Shown piece after piece: positions 27,095 through 39,700 of a stretch of DNA of 64,000 nt. The DNA lies in NCBI GenBank assembly GCA_002633005.1, contig NMRA01000128.1, forward strand, positions 237,165 to 301,164, read 5' to 3'. The stretch comes from Phoronis australis (taxonomy: Eukaryota > Animalia > Phoronida). Position 1 is the first letter of the stretch. Every line of letters begins with the position of its first letter. The position numbers and the translations under genes are program-made. Below the pieces are notes generated by a model. It was not told the origin of the DNA and ran no database searches. It saw only the letters and a list, made by a program, of their open reading frames with translations.

Positions 27095-30000
27095 GACTTG
27101 TTCACGGCATAGCTCTTGCTGTTATGGCTTTCACATTCTTTGTCTACATGTTTACGTAACCAGGCCCAGGGTTGTGGTCAGGAAGACTGGTATCGTTCGA
27201 GTTTTACACAAGGAATATTGTCATGCTTTATTAATTGAAATACATGATCTCTCTTTCACTTGTGAAATACTTGTGTTACTGAACGCAACCGTATATTTTC
27301 CCCTACAGATGTATAAATTAAGTGATGCTTAATGCATGTCTATCGAAATGGAGTAACTAAGCAGTGTTGTGATAATTGGTCCTGCCAAGGTCGTTTCATT
27401 TATCTTCACTTTTTGAATGTGATTTAGATTTAGTGTCAAAATTGTCTTTCATGTCAAGTTTATGTGGTTACGAAACCAACAAATTATTTATCAATTTCCA
27501 ATTTCTAGTCTCGTTGAAATTTTACAATTAGTGTCACAGACTCTTAAGTAGTGTTACTGATCTTGTAAAAGCTTTAAATCATTGGAGTACTCTAAGCTGG
27601 TGTGGGGTCTGTAGATGAGAGAACATCGTGAAAACGCAAGATCATGTCATTAATTGGTCACTAAGTAACACTAGCTTCATTCGCGAGATTCTTGGGTCTG
27701 CGGAACTCTGGTAAGGTATCCAAATACTTATGTTGAGCACAACTACAACATTATAACACTATAGTTACGCGTTTATGTGATTTTAGGACTTGATTTTTCA
27801 TGTTCTATTTCTCTAGTTTTTACTTGAGTTACATACATTCAGTCCATATTCAGTTTAATGACAAGTTGTTGTATATGTTGTTGTCTTGTTGTTAATGTTT
27901 CACTCCTGTTGGGCAATCAGAGGTTTTTATATCCTGGTAACATGGGCTCGGTTTGTTCAGCGCACTACTTTGCTTGTTTGTGAGGTGCATTTCGAGCTTT
28001 TGTTTTTATTATCCGGTGTTTAATTTCCTGTGATCTCATGTCACCGATTACTTGATCATGTGTTTATACCTACCTGTAAGGTTTGTATCTTGTAATTTTT
28101 TCTCTTTATGGAAGTATAATTTACCTATACATCTGCATAGTTTGTTTGTACACTTTTTTGTATTGTTTATCTGTAATAGCTTTGGTAGTTCTCGGTTTCT
28201 TCAGTTTTCAATTGTTATTCAAATTTCTTCCGAAATCTGTGAAGTTTTGTACCCAGAATAATTATGTTTGTGAATGAGATAATGTTTTAACAGTTTTCTG
28301 TGATACTTTCATTAAAGAAGCTGTTTTGACATTGTTACAATTTTCGTGAAACTTCCAAAAACGGGCCATTTAGTTATACCCTTTCTGGAGTAAGTATGTC
28401 ACAGAGAAGTTGTTAGGTAGTTACATACTAGCAAATAGTTGTCCAAAAAAGTTTTTGGATTGGATATTTAAGACCAGATTCTGTTTGAGATGTGTAAAAC
28501 GCTTATAGAAAGACATGGTATAATTTTTCAAAATTCATTGTTGAAAATACTCTAATGCAGAGGTGTTTTGTTTTATATTACAATGGAAATAAATTGTTTT
28601 CGCTTTCATATAATGAGTAATCTTTTCCATGTACATGCAGTTTCAAGATGTGTGAGTGTAGAAGTAAGCAGATTGTGGCATGTATTTTGGTGAGTGAAAG
28701 GCCAATGAGAAAAACTCCACAAAAACTGAATTGTTTCCTGTATGACCATGGCGTGTGTGTGGTTTAGGAGCTACTACGCCATTTGGTTAATTTTGACACT
28801 TCATTTTTTTCTGTTGAAAATTCGTAAAGCCAAGCTCAGATCAGGAAACACCGGTACACGGCTCGCGGCTACGGTGACTGCGGGTGAATTAAAAAATCTA
28901 TAACAACAGCGGTGTCAGTTGTAAAAATTGTCTGTTGAAAATAAACTGCAAAGAATGATGGAGCGCACTTGGGGCCAATTCTTTGCAATGTTTTTCGTGA
29001 CTTATTTTGTTTCCCATTTTTGTACAACCACTTTACTTTGTATTTGTAAAGTTATACATATTTTACGTGTTGTGGACACAGGTGAGGTTCCACCCACACG
29101 CGAATTTCGCACTCGGAATCTTTTTGGTACATTTTTTTTTCTCCCAGAAATCACTAATTATTAGTGAATATGGGGTTGGGTGGTCACAGCTACTTGTCCT
29201 TACAACGAAAATAAAAATGCATCTTACTGAATTAATGACTATTCTGGAAATAATTCTGATATAAGGCTGGAGGAAAGAAAAATGAAAAGGGCTTTCATAC
29301 ACTCATTCACACACATATTCACTGGATTTAACTAACTTAATTTATATGAAAAGGTTAAATTGTTTTATTCATTTAAAGAGATGTCTGGAAAATCTTCCAC
29401 TCTAAAGGTTTATCCGAGGCGCTAAGTACAACAACGTTCATTGAATCGAAAAGTATCAATTCGAAATTGCGAAAACTTGGGTGAAACCCATGTCTCGACA
29501 TTGAGTATACACGGTATTAAAGATTACACTTTGTTTGCCAAAGAAGCAAACTAAAATGTGATGTATATGGATGGTTCAATATTGCACGTTAACAATTTAT
29601 TTATAAAACGACATAGGGAATCCTAACACAGATGCAGCTGTAAAACGTGCTGAAAAGGCTGAACGTCGTAACAGTAGGGACATTGGTCGGTTTGTAAAAT
29701 ACCTACATTTTTAAAATGAATTATTTTGTGAGTGAAAAATATTTAAACATTAAAGTGAAATTAAGACTAGCCAACATTTCTTTAAGTTCGTCGTTTGTAT
29801 GGTAATTGAGTAAAGACGCATAACTATCTAGTTTCACAGAAAACTTGTGCATAAACACGTTTTAACTCATGAAATGGATCTATTGGTAAATAAAAGTCTG
29901 TTGTTACAACTATTAAGTCTGCTATCAACCTCTGACCCACAGAATTCCTCAAGGCCATTGTAAACGAAGAGTAGGATATGATGAAAGTATCCTTCTGACT

Positions 30001-31049
30001 ATCTAAAAAGTCACCACAAAAGATTCGGCCTGCATTGTATAGATCTTGATAAAATTTATCATTAGTGGTTAAATTACAATTCTTCCATATCACCGGCTTG
30101 TTTCAAGTTAGCTGCGGCAACTTCACAACATATTTCAGGATTAAGAATGTCCAAAGTTGTCAGAACATCCGAAGGAGGTATAATTTCGCATTTTAAGGTT
30201 TTCAGGTGAAAATGGATGAAAAAAATGAAGTCACCACCAACATGATTGAAAAGATGGATTGCCCGACGAGTCGCTTTCCACCTTGAATGTCACTAAGCGA
30301 AAAATTTTCCATTAAAACAATTTGAACTGATTGTGTCTTTTTCGTAACCTCTTGTGCAAAAGAGACTTCCGATTTCCATTTTAAGAAGATTCCAAAATAA
30401 ATGTTGTCTTCAATGATGATAATGTACACTAAGAAAGTCGACTGCTTTTGTTGATTTCGTTGGCATCCTTTAAATAATTAATATTAAATTTGCAGGACCT
30501 CTCTTCTCATTTTCGGTATTTCGAATGGCAGAGTGATCTGAGTAACGTCGTTGATATCAACTTCTTTGACTGAAATATGCCACATGTCAATTTTAGCGTG
30601 ACATATTGATCTATACCTTTCACGCAACGTTCGCCGGTGTAGGCCTACTGGCCACATGGGAATATAGTACGCCCCTGATGAAACTTAAATGACGCTTTTA
30701 AAATATCGATGTTCTGTATTATGCAAATTTTCGTGGAATACACAAGTTTCCTTTTGTTTTGTCTAAGTCTGAGGGAGCGCAATTAAAATCTCCAGCACAA
30801 AGAAGACATTCCGTCAACTGGTTAGCAAGCTGCGGAGTTCTAAATTAATCCAGAATTCGTTTCTTGGTTTCATTTGGAAAGTACGGATTGTCTATCCACC
30901 CTGAGAGAAGACCATGCAGAAACGCCTGCATGTCTCTCCTAGTGCTGATTGACGGAGTGACCTCGGAAACGGCGGGTGCGGGAACCGACCAGCTAAATCA
31001 TCACCAGACACATCAAATCTACTACACCAAGATACACTCTTACGGCCGT

Positions 31050-31640
31050 ATTCAGTGACGTAAGATGGCGGTAAACAGCAGTGTGTGTGTAGCAATATTC
31101 GCTGTTAAAAATGTATTATTTAAGTAAAGTTATCACACTTCACTTTGAAATACGCGGTGTGAAAAGGAGATTAAGCCTAATATTGGCTTGAAATTTGGTG
31201 TAAATTTATTCATATTTTGTGTTATTACCAAAATAAAAGTAACGTTGTCAGTGTTTCTTTTTTCAAGCGTAGGTATTTTGTTGTTATCGTGAGTGCTAAA
31301 AAGAAGATGGCGAGACATGTTGTGATGTTCTGTGGTCAATGTTTCCGATCAAGATTTGTTTGTTGATTTGGGATTTGTTTAAGGTATCAGACAACAATTT
31401 TCTTTAGTGTAGTATCTAAGCCATTGCGAAGTGTTTGCTTGCTTTGTCACTGTTGCCATTTTGTCTATGCAATTACAGCCAGGCGATCACTCCGAATGAC
31501 GAATGTACTTTGTAGTCGGTAGTGGCTGCTGACTGTGCATGACTTCCGGACTCGAAACTCGACCTACACTCCACTATTAACAACCTCTTAAATTGATGAG
31601 TAGTTGTTACTTCCACTGAATATAAAATGGCGTTATTCAG
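31050..31640 (+). promoter_or_regulatory. Housekeeping-type promoter/5' region, probably of BTBD9
   Basis: TGACGTAA (CRE-like, 31056) overlapping AAGATGGCGG (YY1 consensus, 31062); further YY1-like AAGATGGCG (~31304) and AAAATGGCG (~31624); ETS-type ACTTCCGG (~31542); locally CpG-rich; about 2.7 kb upstream of the BTBD9 ATG. Confidence 0.55.
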
Positions 31641-33780
31641 TGGACGTAACTGATTTCCAATTCCAATGACGTCCAGGATAATATATCTGGTTAGAATGCA
31701 GGATTACTGTCGTCAAGTGTTGCTACTCATTTAGTGAATGTATCAAAATTGTCTGATGGCAGAGCTCTGTTTGGTCTGCAGATTGCCAATTAGGCAATTA
31801 CATCTCCCTGAATGCCGCAGGCATACATGGGCGATAGTACATCCCCTTAAAAAGTTACTCATTTCAAAATATAGAAAGTAATATCGAATGAAACATGCAT
31901 ATATGCACCTGGAGTTATAATTAACACATACCATGACTCTGGATACAATTAAGTCACCATATCTTGAACACATCCTTGAAAATCTGCTGGGATTCGCTGG
32001 AGTTTCATTTCCATGTTGAGGAAGTTATGTGAAATCATGCCTGTTGACGAACAAAAAGTCCAAGGGGCACAAATCTTATTAATTTCACCTGATATCTTCC
32101 CATGCTGTTTTGACACGTGCCAGGTCACATGCTCTCAGTCTCGCACTAGCCTTTACCTCACTCACGTGACTCAGTTGAAATAGTTTGTGGTTATCAGGCG
32201 CGTACGGTGAAAAAGTTAATGGTGACCAAAAAGTGGAGTTGGGTTTCTTCACCAAATTCACCTTAATTCTTGTAACTAAGCTTCATCGAAGGTATGTGTA
32301 GAAGCAGAAAGGATCAGTGAAGAAAGTAAGCGTTTTTTTAACAAATCGTTTTAAGTAGAGAATGCATTTTTGATGAGGTGAAAACTCTTAATTGGGAAGT
32401 GGATTTTGCCTACTGCCCGTTTAAAATACACGGGACAAAGTTCGTACAGAAAGTGATGGGAAGTATTGTAGCCCCTAACTGGCCAGCTGAGGGGCTATGT
32501 GTTGCCTAATTGCCAATGTGACCTTGGATTTTAGTTAGAGACCTGGTAAAAATACCAAGTTACCAAGAAGTTGCCATGCACACATCCAAGTATGCACTTA
32601 AATTACTACAGGAATGAAACAGTTGGAAAATGGAATCATTCAGCAAAAACGAGTCGTGCTGATCATCTCCACCTGCCTGACAGGAGGTGAGATTATTCAG
32701 GAAAAAAAGGACCTGAGATGGAGAAATTGCCTGAGGTCGCCGGACACTCCTGGTTTTCTGTTCTACTATAAAAGGCTGGAAGCTTAGCTGTATTAGGCAA
32801 ATCTTACGCTAACAGGATTTGCACACAAGTGGACAAGAGAGCATGCAAACTGTTTACCCCAGAGTATCTAGCGAAGTCCTCGCCACATCAATGGCTTAAT
32901 GGCACCGTTCCGGTTTGAAGTGAGCTAGTCACTATTCATGGGCTTGGCTGAATGTGGTGGATGAGATAATTTCAGTCATAAACCAACACACCTGTTTAGC
33001 ATATTAGTTTCAAAGTCAAAAAACAAACAATAAATAAGGCAACCGACCAACACGACTGTGGTGTTATTGGACTTGTCTCTCCTAGAATTTGTTAAGGACA
33101 GTTTTTGTTAGGAGACTTGGTATATAGTGACTTCCTGCTAGTGGATTATAAGCATAGATCATGTATTAAAATTCCGTTTATGCGACAGCATTATAAGAGT
33201 AATGAGCGAATATGTTTTCTTCAGAATTGAGGCTTAGCTTCGAGGATCAGTACACAAGGTCTGGCTTAGGCTTGTTTAGGCGTTGGGGCAACAAAACTCC
33301 AAATGCTAGTGTAGGAGTTGTCTCATGTGAGCATTGGCTTGCTTAATCTGAACATTTTCAAAAGGGGGGTGGGCGCTTACATGAGCATGGATGTTAAGCT
33401 GATTGTTTTTGACTTTTTTTTAAAAAGATAGTTTATTCAAGACGACACGTACAGACATTCTACATTTCTTATGTTGACCTCTCATGAGACTATAGTGGTT
33501 ATGTTAAAGTCACAAGCATGGCCATCATTGTTTTGGTCATGTTTTGAGTTGAAACCAACCCTTTGGTTTGGCTCCGTAGTACGGCGAGTTACCGCTCCTT
33601 GTTAGGTTATCAACATGATCCCTGAATGGAGTTCATTGATTGTTTCAACAGATTCTCTGCCGCTTGCAGTAAAGTTTCTTCTAATTAGAGCACATTATGG
33701 TGGAACATTAAAATTTCTGTGAACTTCACGCATACAAATGTTCTATTTCTTCCTCAACCTGTAGTTTGTTTAATTTCAGA

Positions 33781-36700
33781 ATGTGTGACCACCACAGATT
33801 ACAAGGACAGTTGCCTACAGGTGAAATTGACCATGTACATCATCTGTCAGAGAACATTGGCGCCCTGTTTTCCAATGACGAGTACATGGATGTTACTATA
33901 GTTGTGGAGGGCAAGAAGTTCCCTGCGCACAAGGTCATCCTGGCGGCTAGATCAGACTACTTTAGGTAGGCTGTCCCCTGTTCATTCTGACTAGCGCTGA
34001 TACTATTCAACTCAGTAGTTTCCTGGTCTGTAGATTGTTGAACTAATATTCTTAACTAGTTCCTGCGTCTTTGTTAACATGCCGCAACTTGATCACTTAC
34101 AACTTTGACAAAAGACATTTGAAGACCTGCAGTCAACTCTAAAAATGTTTAACTCTTTTGGTTACTTATTCTATATTGTTTATTTCAATATGTTCCTGAG
34201 AAAATGCTTGGAGTTAAATGGATTTAAAGTGATATAAATCTGACCTCTGTCACAAGAACAACTTTTGATTTAGACCACGTGCCAGTATTAAATTTATCTC
34301 CATTTGCAGGGATATTTTTAGGGCCGCACCCTGCGTCAATGGCACAAAAAAATTTCATTGATGTTTGCTCACCTCAGGTCAACTGACGCGTTGAAAATAT
34401 GTTGGCAATCACGCCTTATGTTGTCTTGACGCGGAAATAATTACGTATTGGTACCAATTCCAAAACTGTGGAGACATGTGGTTGTGGTTTGCAGCTAGAC
34501 CAAGCACTAGCTCCAAAATAAACAGCAGATGAAATTATGCGCGTGAAAGATGCGTGAAAATAGAAAGATGACAACAAAACTGACATAAGTGTAATTAAGA
34601 TTAATGTACATATAAGGTGACTATTGTAATTGTTTACTGCACATTGTGTTGAAAATTAAGGAACTGTTTAACAAAATACATTAGCGTCTGACGGTGTCTT
34701 GTCCAGCTGTATAACTAGTGTAACTAAGAAAGTCCCCACGTAATTATCTCAGTCAAAATTTATGAATCCTAGAGATTGCCATTAAGCTTCTTGTGGACAC
34801 CAGTTTGCAATAAAACAACTGGTGTTACGCTGTATGGGTCTCCAATAAATGCCAGGTTTCCAAGTATGTGGAGAAAATATCATAAAGCACTCTTTTTAGA
34901 CTGCGACAGATGGGAGCAAGTGTTCAATTGCTGGCTGGACAAAAAGAATCTTTAATTGATGTTCTTCAACAAATTCTCTTGACGTCTTGCCGAGTGTAGT
35001 ATATTTTTGAACAGGCATCTAATTAATGACATTTACCCATGTAGCGGGGCTTAATCTATAAATGACACACACAGTGTCATGGACATGTTGAAAGCTTCCG
35101 CTTATAAATGGCTTTTTGTTTGATTTGTTTTTAAACTAACATGCCCGAGTAGCTGTGTACACCCTGTTGTAACCTGGAGTTATGAAAAACCTGCTTATTT
35201 TTGAAGGTTAATATATGTATGTTCAAAATGTCCAAAGTACATTTTAAGTGACTTAGTGCCTTGGGATTTAATCGTAAGGAAGGCACAGAAATAAAAAATG
35301 ACAGTGGCTAGGTTTTCATAAAAGAGAAACTGAAGAAAACTTGTGGCTAAGTTTTCTTAAAAGAGGAAATGAAGAAAACACACTACTAGAGGGATTTAAA
35401 AACAAGAAAAAGCAAACTTAAAGCATGCAAACAATACAAGAAAAACCCGCACAATTGACCCTTAGATACATTTTTCTGAAATGAAATCTGCAGTTGTTCC
35501 TTAGTCATGGTCTCAAGCGATAATGAACTATTGGTTCTTTGCAAGACCAAAAATCACTTCTCATATGAATGAGGATTAAGTTGAGAGCAATTTTATGTTT
35601 GGAAACGGTGTAAATCAAAAGTTAGTTTCTTAGATGTAACGGAGGCTTGTTGAGACTTGGTGGTGTTGCTGTATTGTGCCTTTTTGGTATGCCTGAATGA
35701 TGTTTTGGTTTCCAGAGCTCTGTTATTCGGTGGCCTTCGTGAGTCGCAGCCAGGCACCACAGAGATTGAGCTGAAGGATACACGGGCTAGTGCCTTTCAG
35801 ATGTTACTTCGTTACATTTACACTGGAAAACTTGCTGTTAGTGAATTGAAGGTACTTGCTTTCTTTGGCCTGAGGGCAGTTGTTAAAAACTGGTTTAACC
35901 AGTATTATCGATATCTGTCCATGTGATTTTCAGGCATGCATTAAGTAAGAATTGGATACCCTGAGTATGAGAGCAATACAGTAGTGTTGTATTTCAAAGT
36001 ATTTCACAGCTTCTAATAAATGCAAGAATTTCATGGCCAGCAGAAAAAAAAAATCAGCATGGACATATTAGTAATATTAAGTTGATTGTAAATTTATTTT
36101 CCGTTTTATTACACTCAGTATTATTAATTTGTAATGAATGTATGTTGATTCGATGTTGAACGTGTGTGTACTTGTAAACACAGACAGTGTAGTTATCTGC
36201 CAAATTTTGGGTATGTTGAAATCTTTTTTCTGGAAATGATTTCGTGAAGGTGTTTTCCTGTATATATAATCAAAGTCATGACGCCTGTGCTTGAGTGGTC
36301 CAGGATGTTATGCATTCTTGATCATAGCTCATAAAAACTTTTGTTTAGTTGAAAAATTCCAGCTGTACCCCATTAAGCTCAATGTTTAACCATAAGCAAA
36401 ATGTTGAGCTAACTTCAGAACATCATAATTCAAACGTGTTTGATGGAATTCAAATGAAACTTTCAGATACTGTGTCTTATGCACTGTTCTCTGAAATGTT
36501 TTAGGAACTCTTTTTGAAATATGACACTTTTGTATGAAGAAATATCAGAAATGGAATTGAGGATTTCTACGAAAAATTGCGTAAAGCGAAAACAAAACAA
36601 TAACAGAGGAAAATGTAACATTGTTTTTAAGAATTCTTCTTACATTTATATCAAGAGACATTTGCCCATATTATTGATACAGTTGTTTTGCTGTGAGTGT

Positions 36701-39700
36701 ATCTTTCTTTTTATTTTGCTAAATATTATTAAAATACATTGTAAGGTGACCTAATTAATGGCAGACTAGTATTAATCATAAATAAAATTGTATTGGGCTT
36801 TCTACTTTTGAAGTACTTTTACTGAGTTAAATGCAATAATTTTGTAGATTACTGACTACCGTAAATGCACAACTTGTTGATAAGGTTATGCAGTTACATG
36901 TATTTTGTATTTTTCTGCCCGTTCAGGAAGATGTATTGCTTGACGTTCTCGGTCTGTCTCATCAGTACGGCTTCGTCGACCTTGAGACATCCTTGTCCGA
37001 GTATCTGCGTGCCTCGCTCAACACACGCAATGTGTGCGCCATCTATGACATGGCAAACATGTTCGGCCTTACCCACCTTGTCAATACCTGCTGTGAATAC
37101 ATGGATAAGAATGCCCAGGACATTGTACAGACAGAGAACTTCTTGTTGTTGTCAAAGGTATTTGAAACAAAAGTGGTTATTATATGGAATTTATATGATA
37201 TGTACTGATCAGATGAGGGTACAGTCTTGACTTGACTCGATACTCAAAACATAACCAATCATGCCGCATTATTCAGGTACAAATTTATGTTTGCTTGTGC
37301 CCTGCAGTTGGTCAATTTTCCAGCCCAATTCTCTGAGTGACTGTATCTCATTAACCCCTTGAGTCATGGCCTTGAAATTACGCAGACGTGCTCCTATCAA
37401 GGTGAAATGGCTGACACTGTACAATTATTGGTTTTCAGACCCAAAAATCTGATAATGACTGAGGCTTCATTTAGGCTTTCAATTGCATGTCACTCGTTCA
37501 GCCAGTCACCTTTCATTGTTTTACCAAAAAACGTTCAGAATTATGTGGAATATAGATGGGAACAATATGTTTTTGCAAATATGCCACACAATGGCCATTT
37601 TGAATGCAGTTTCAAGCTGTGTGTCAGTTCCGTATGTGTGCATACGCTAAAGTGCATGTAAGTGACATGTGAGCATTTTAGCCTTCAAATACACACCGTT
37701 TGTACTGGACTGTGATGGAGGGAACTGTGATGCCTTGATTAGACTAGCATTAACCAAGGTGTTTTACAGTTATTTAACAAATGCGACATCAGAATTTGGT
37801 ACATGTCTTACGTTAAAGGATCATTTTTGACAGATGTGTTTCTGTTGAAGAAGGCATGGCTGAGTTTGATTTTTGGATGTATCAGATCAGTACCCCCTAG
37901 TGGCAGTTTCGATTTTTTTCGCATCTGCTTCAGTCTCTACTGTGTTGGTTAATGAATCTATGAATTATGGGGAGATGTTCAGCATCAAGGATTGGATAGC
38001 GATTCCATGCTTTTTTCTATGTCTAATAATAAATTCAGCGAAACAGTAGAACTCACATTTATTTTCTTAATTGTCTAATAACGCATCTTCTTTCTCTATT
38101 GCAGTCATCTCTTCTTGAAGTGATAAAGAGAGACTCTTTTTGTGCCTTTGAGATTGATCTGTTCAAGTCCTTATGCGAATGGTCTAAGAAGAATCCTGAA
38201 GTGGACACCGATGACATCGTGCAGGAAATACGTCTGCCGCTCATGTCCTTGCACGACTTGTTGAATATTGTAAGACCTTCTGGTTTGATCCCAGCTGACA
38301 CAATCCTTGATGCGATAAAAATGCAGACGGAGTGCCGAGACATGGAACTGAAGTACAGGGGATTCCTCAGTAAGTTATTGTGACTGAACTTCAACAGGAG
38401 ATAATCTTTTGCCTTTTGTATATTGTCCTAAAGTAGTTGTGGCAGTAGTCACTTACATGGGCCCGGGATTTTGAGAACCAGTTTGATGACTGTTATTGAG
38501 TGGAGAAAAAACTGGTTCTCAAAATGCGGGACCCTGTAAGTGGCTATTACTGTAGTTGTTATTACTCATTTACACATTTTTTGACTAAATGTTCTAAAAT
38601 ATAAGCGTCAAATGTTCCCAATGTTAAAATATCATGTCTATACTTTGTGTTGCTCTCAGTTCCAGAAGAGAATGTAGCTACACTGAGGCACGGCGCCACT
38701 GTGATTCGAGGGGAGTGCAAGAAGGCCCTTCTGGACGGAGATATCCAGAACTATGACCTGGACAGGGGCTTCACTCGTCACCCCATCGACGATACCTACA
38801 GTCAAGGCATAGTTATCCGTCTGGGACAACCCACCATCATTAACACCATTAAGATGCTGCTTTGGGATAGAGACATGAGGTAAGTCACGTGACTTATGTG
38901 GGGATGGACTGAGTTCTGGTATTTTAAGTCTTTGTTTTAGGTCAGTATATTATATATGGGCCCTGACCTACATTGATATGGTTAAAGGAATAGTACCTAG
39001 TTCTTTAATTGTTAGACGAGATTTAAAATTGCTCAGATTAAATTTTAATTGGCAGTTAACGTCCAAGACTGGCAGTTGCATTTTTCCTACATGTAGAATG
39101 AACAGCAGAAATTGTGATTAATTCATCGTGTTTCAAATGCTGTTGACTTCATATATTATTTTCCAAAGCACATTTTCATATTTGATTGTATGGATTCCCT
39201 TAAAAGATATCCCAGTTGATGTTTGTCAGAATTGTGGCCTTTTGAACTCTGGAAATGTTCATCATTCTAGTCTTCTTCTTTATAATGAGTTATTGTATTA
39301 ATGTACCTGTAGGTCGTACAGCTACTACATTGAGGTTTCTATGGATGACAAGGATTATGTTCGTGTTGTTGATCATCAGAATTACCTGTGTCGGTCATGG
39401 CAGAGGCTTCATTTCAAGTCTAGAGTGGTCAGGTAATGTAGCTGACACCATAGAAGGCATTTGGAGTGACAGACTTTCATCGGAGTCCACATTTCATTAC
39501 TGTAATGAAATTTATTATCAAATCTCTTGGGTGAGATCCTAAAACTAAAGTCCTAATAGTCACACTGTATTTGTTGTGTTAAGTCATGCAAAAGTAGTTT
39601 TGACTGATTCCTAAGGTGTGCTAATTCTGGCTTCCTACTTGTAGACATCTAGCAGTGCTAGATATTACCTGCCTTGCAAGTACCATTTAGTGCTGAGCAA

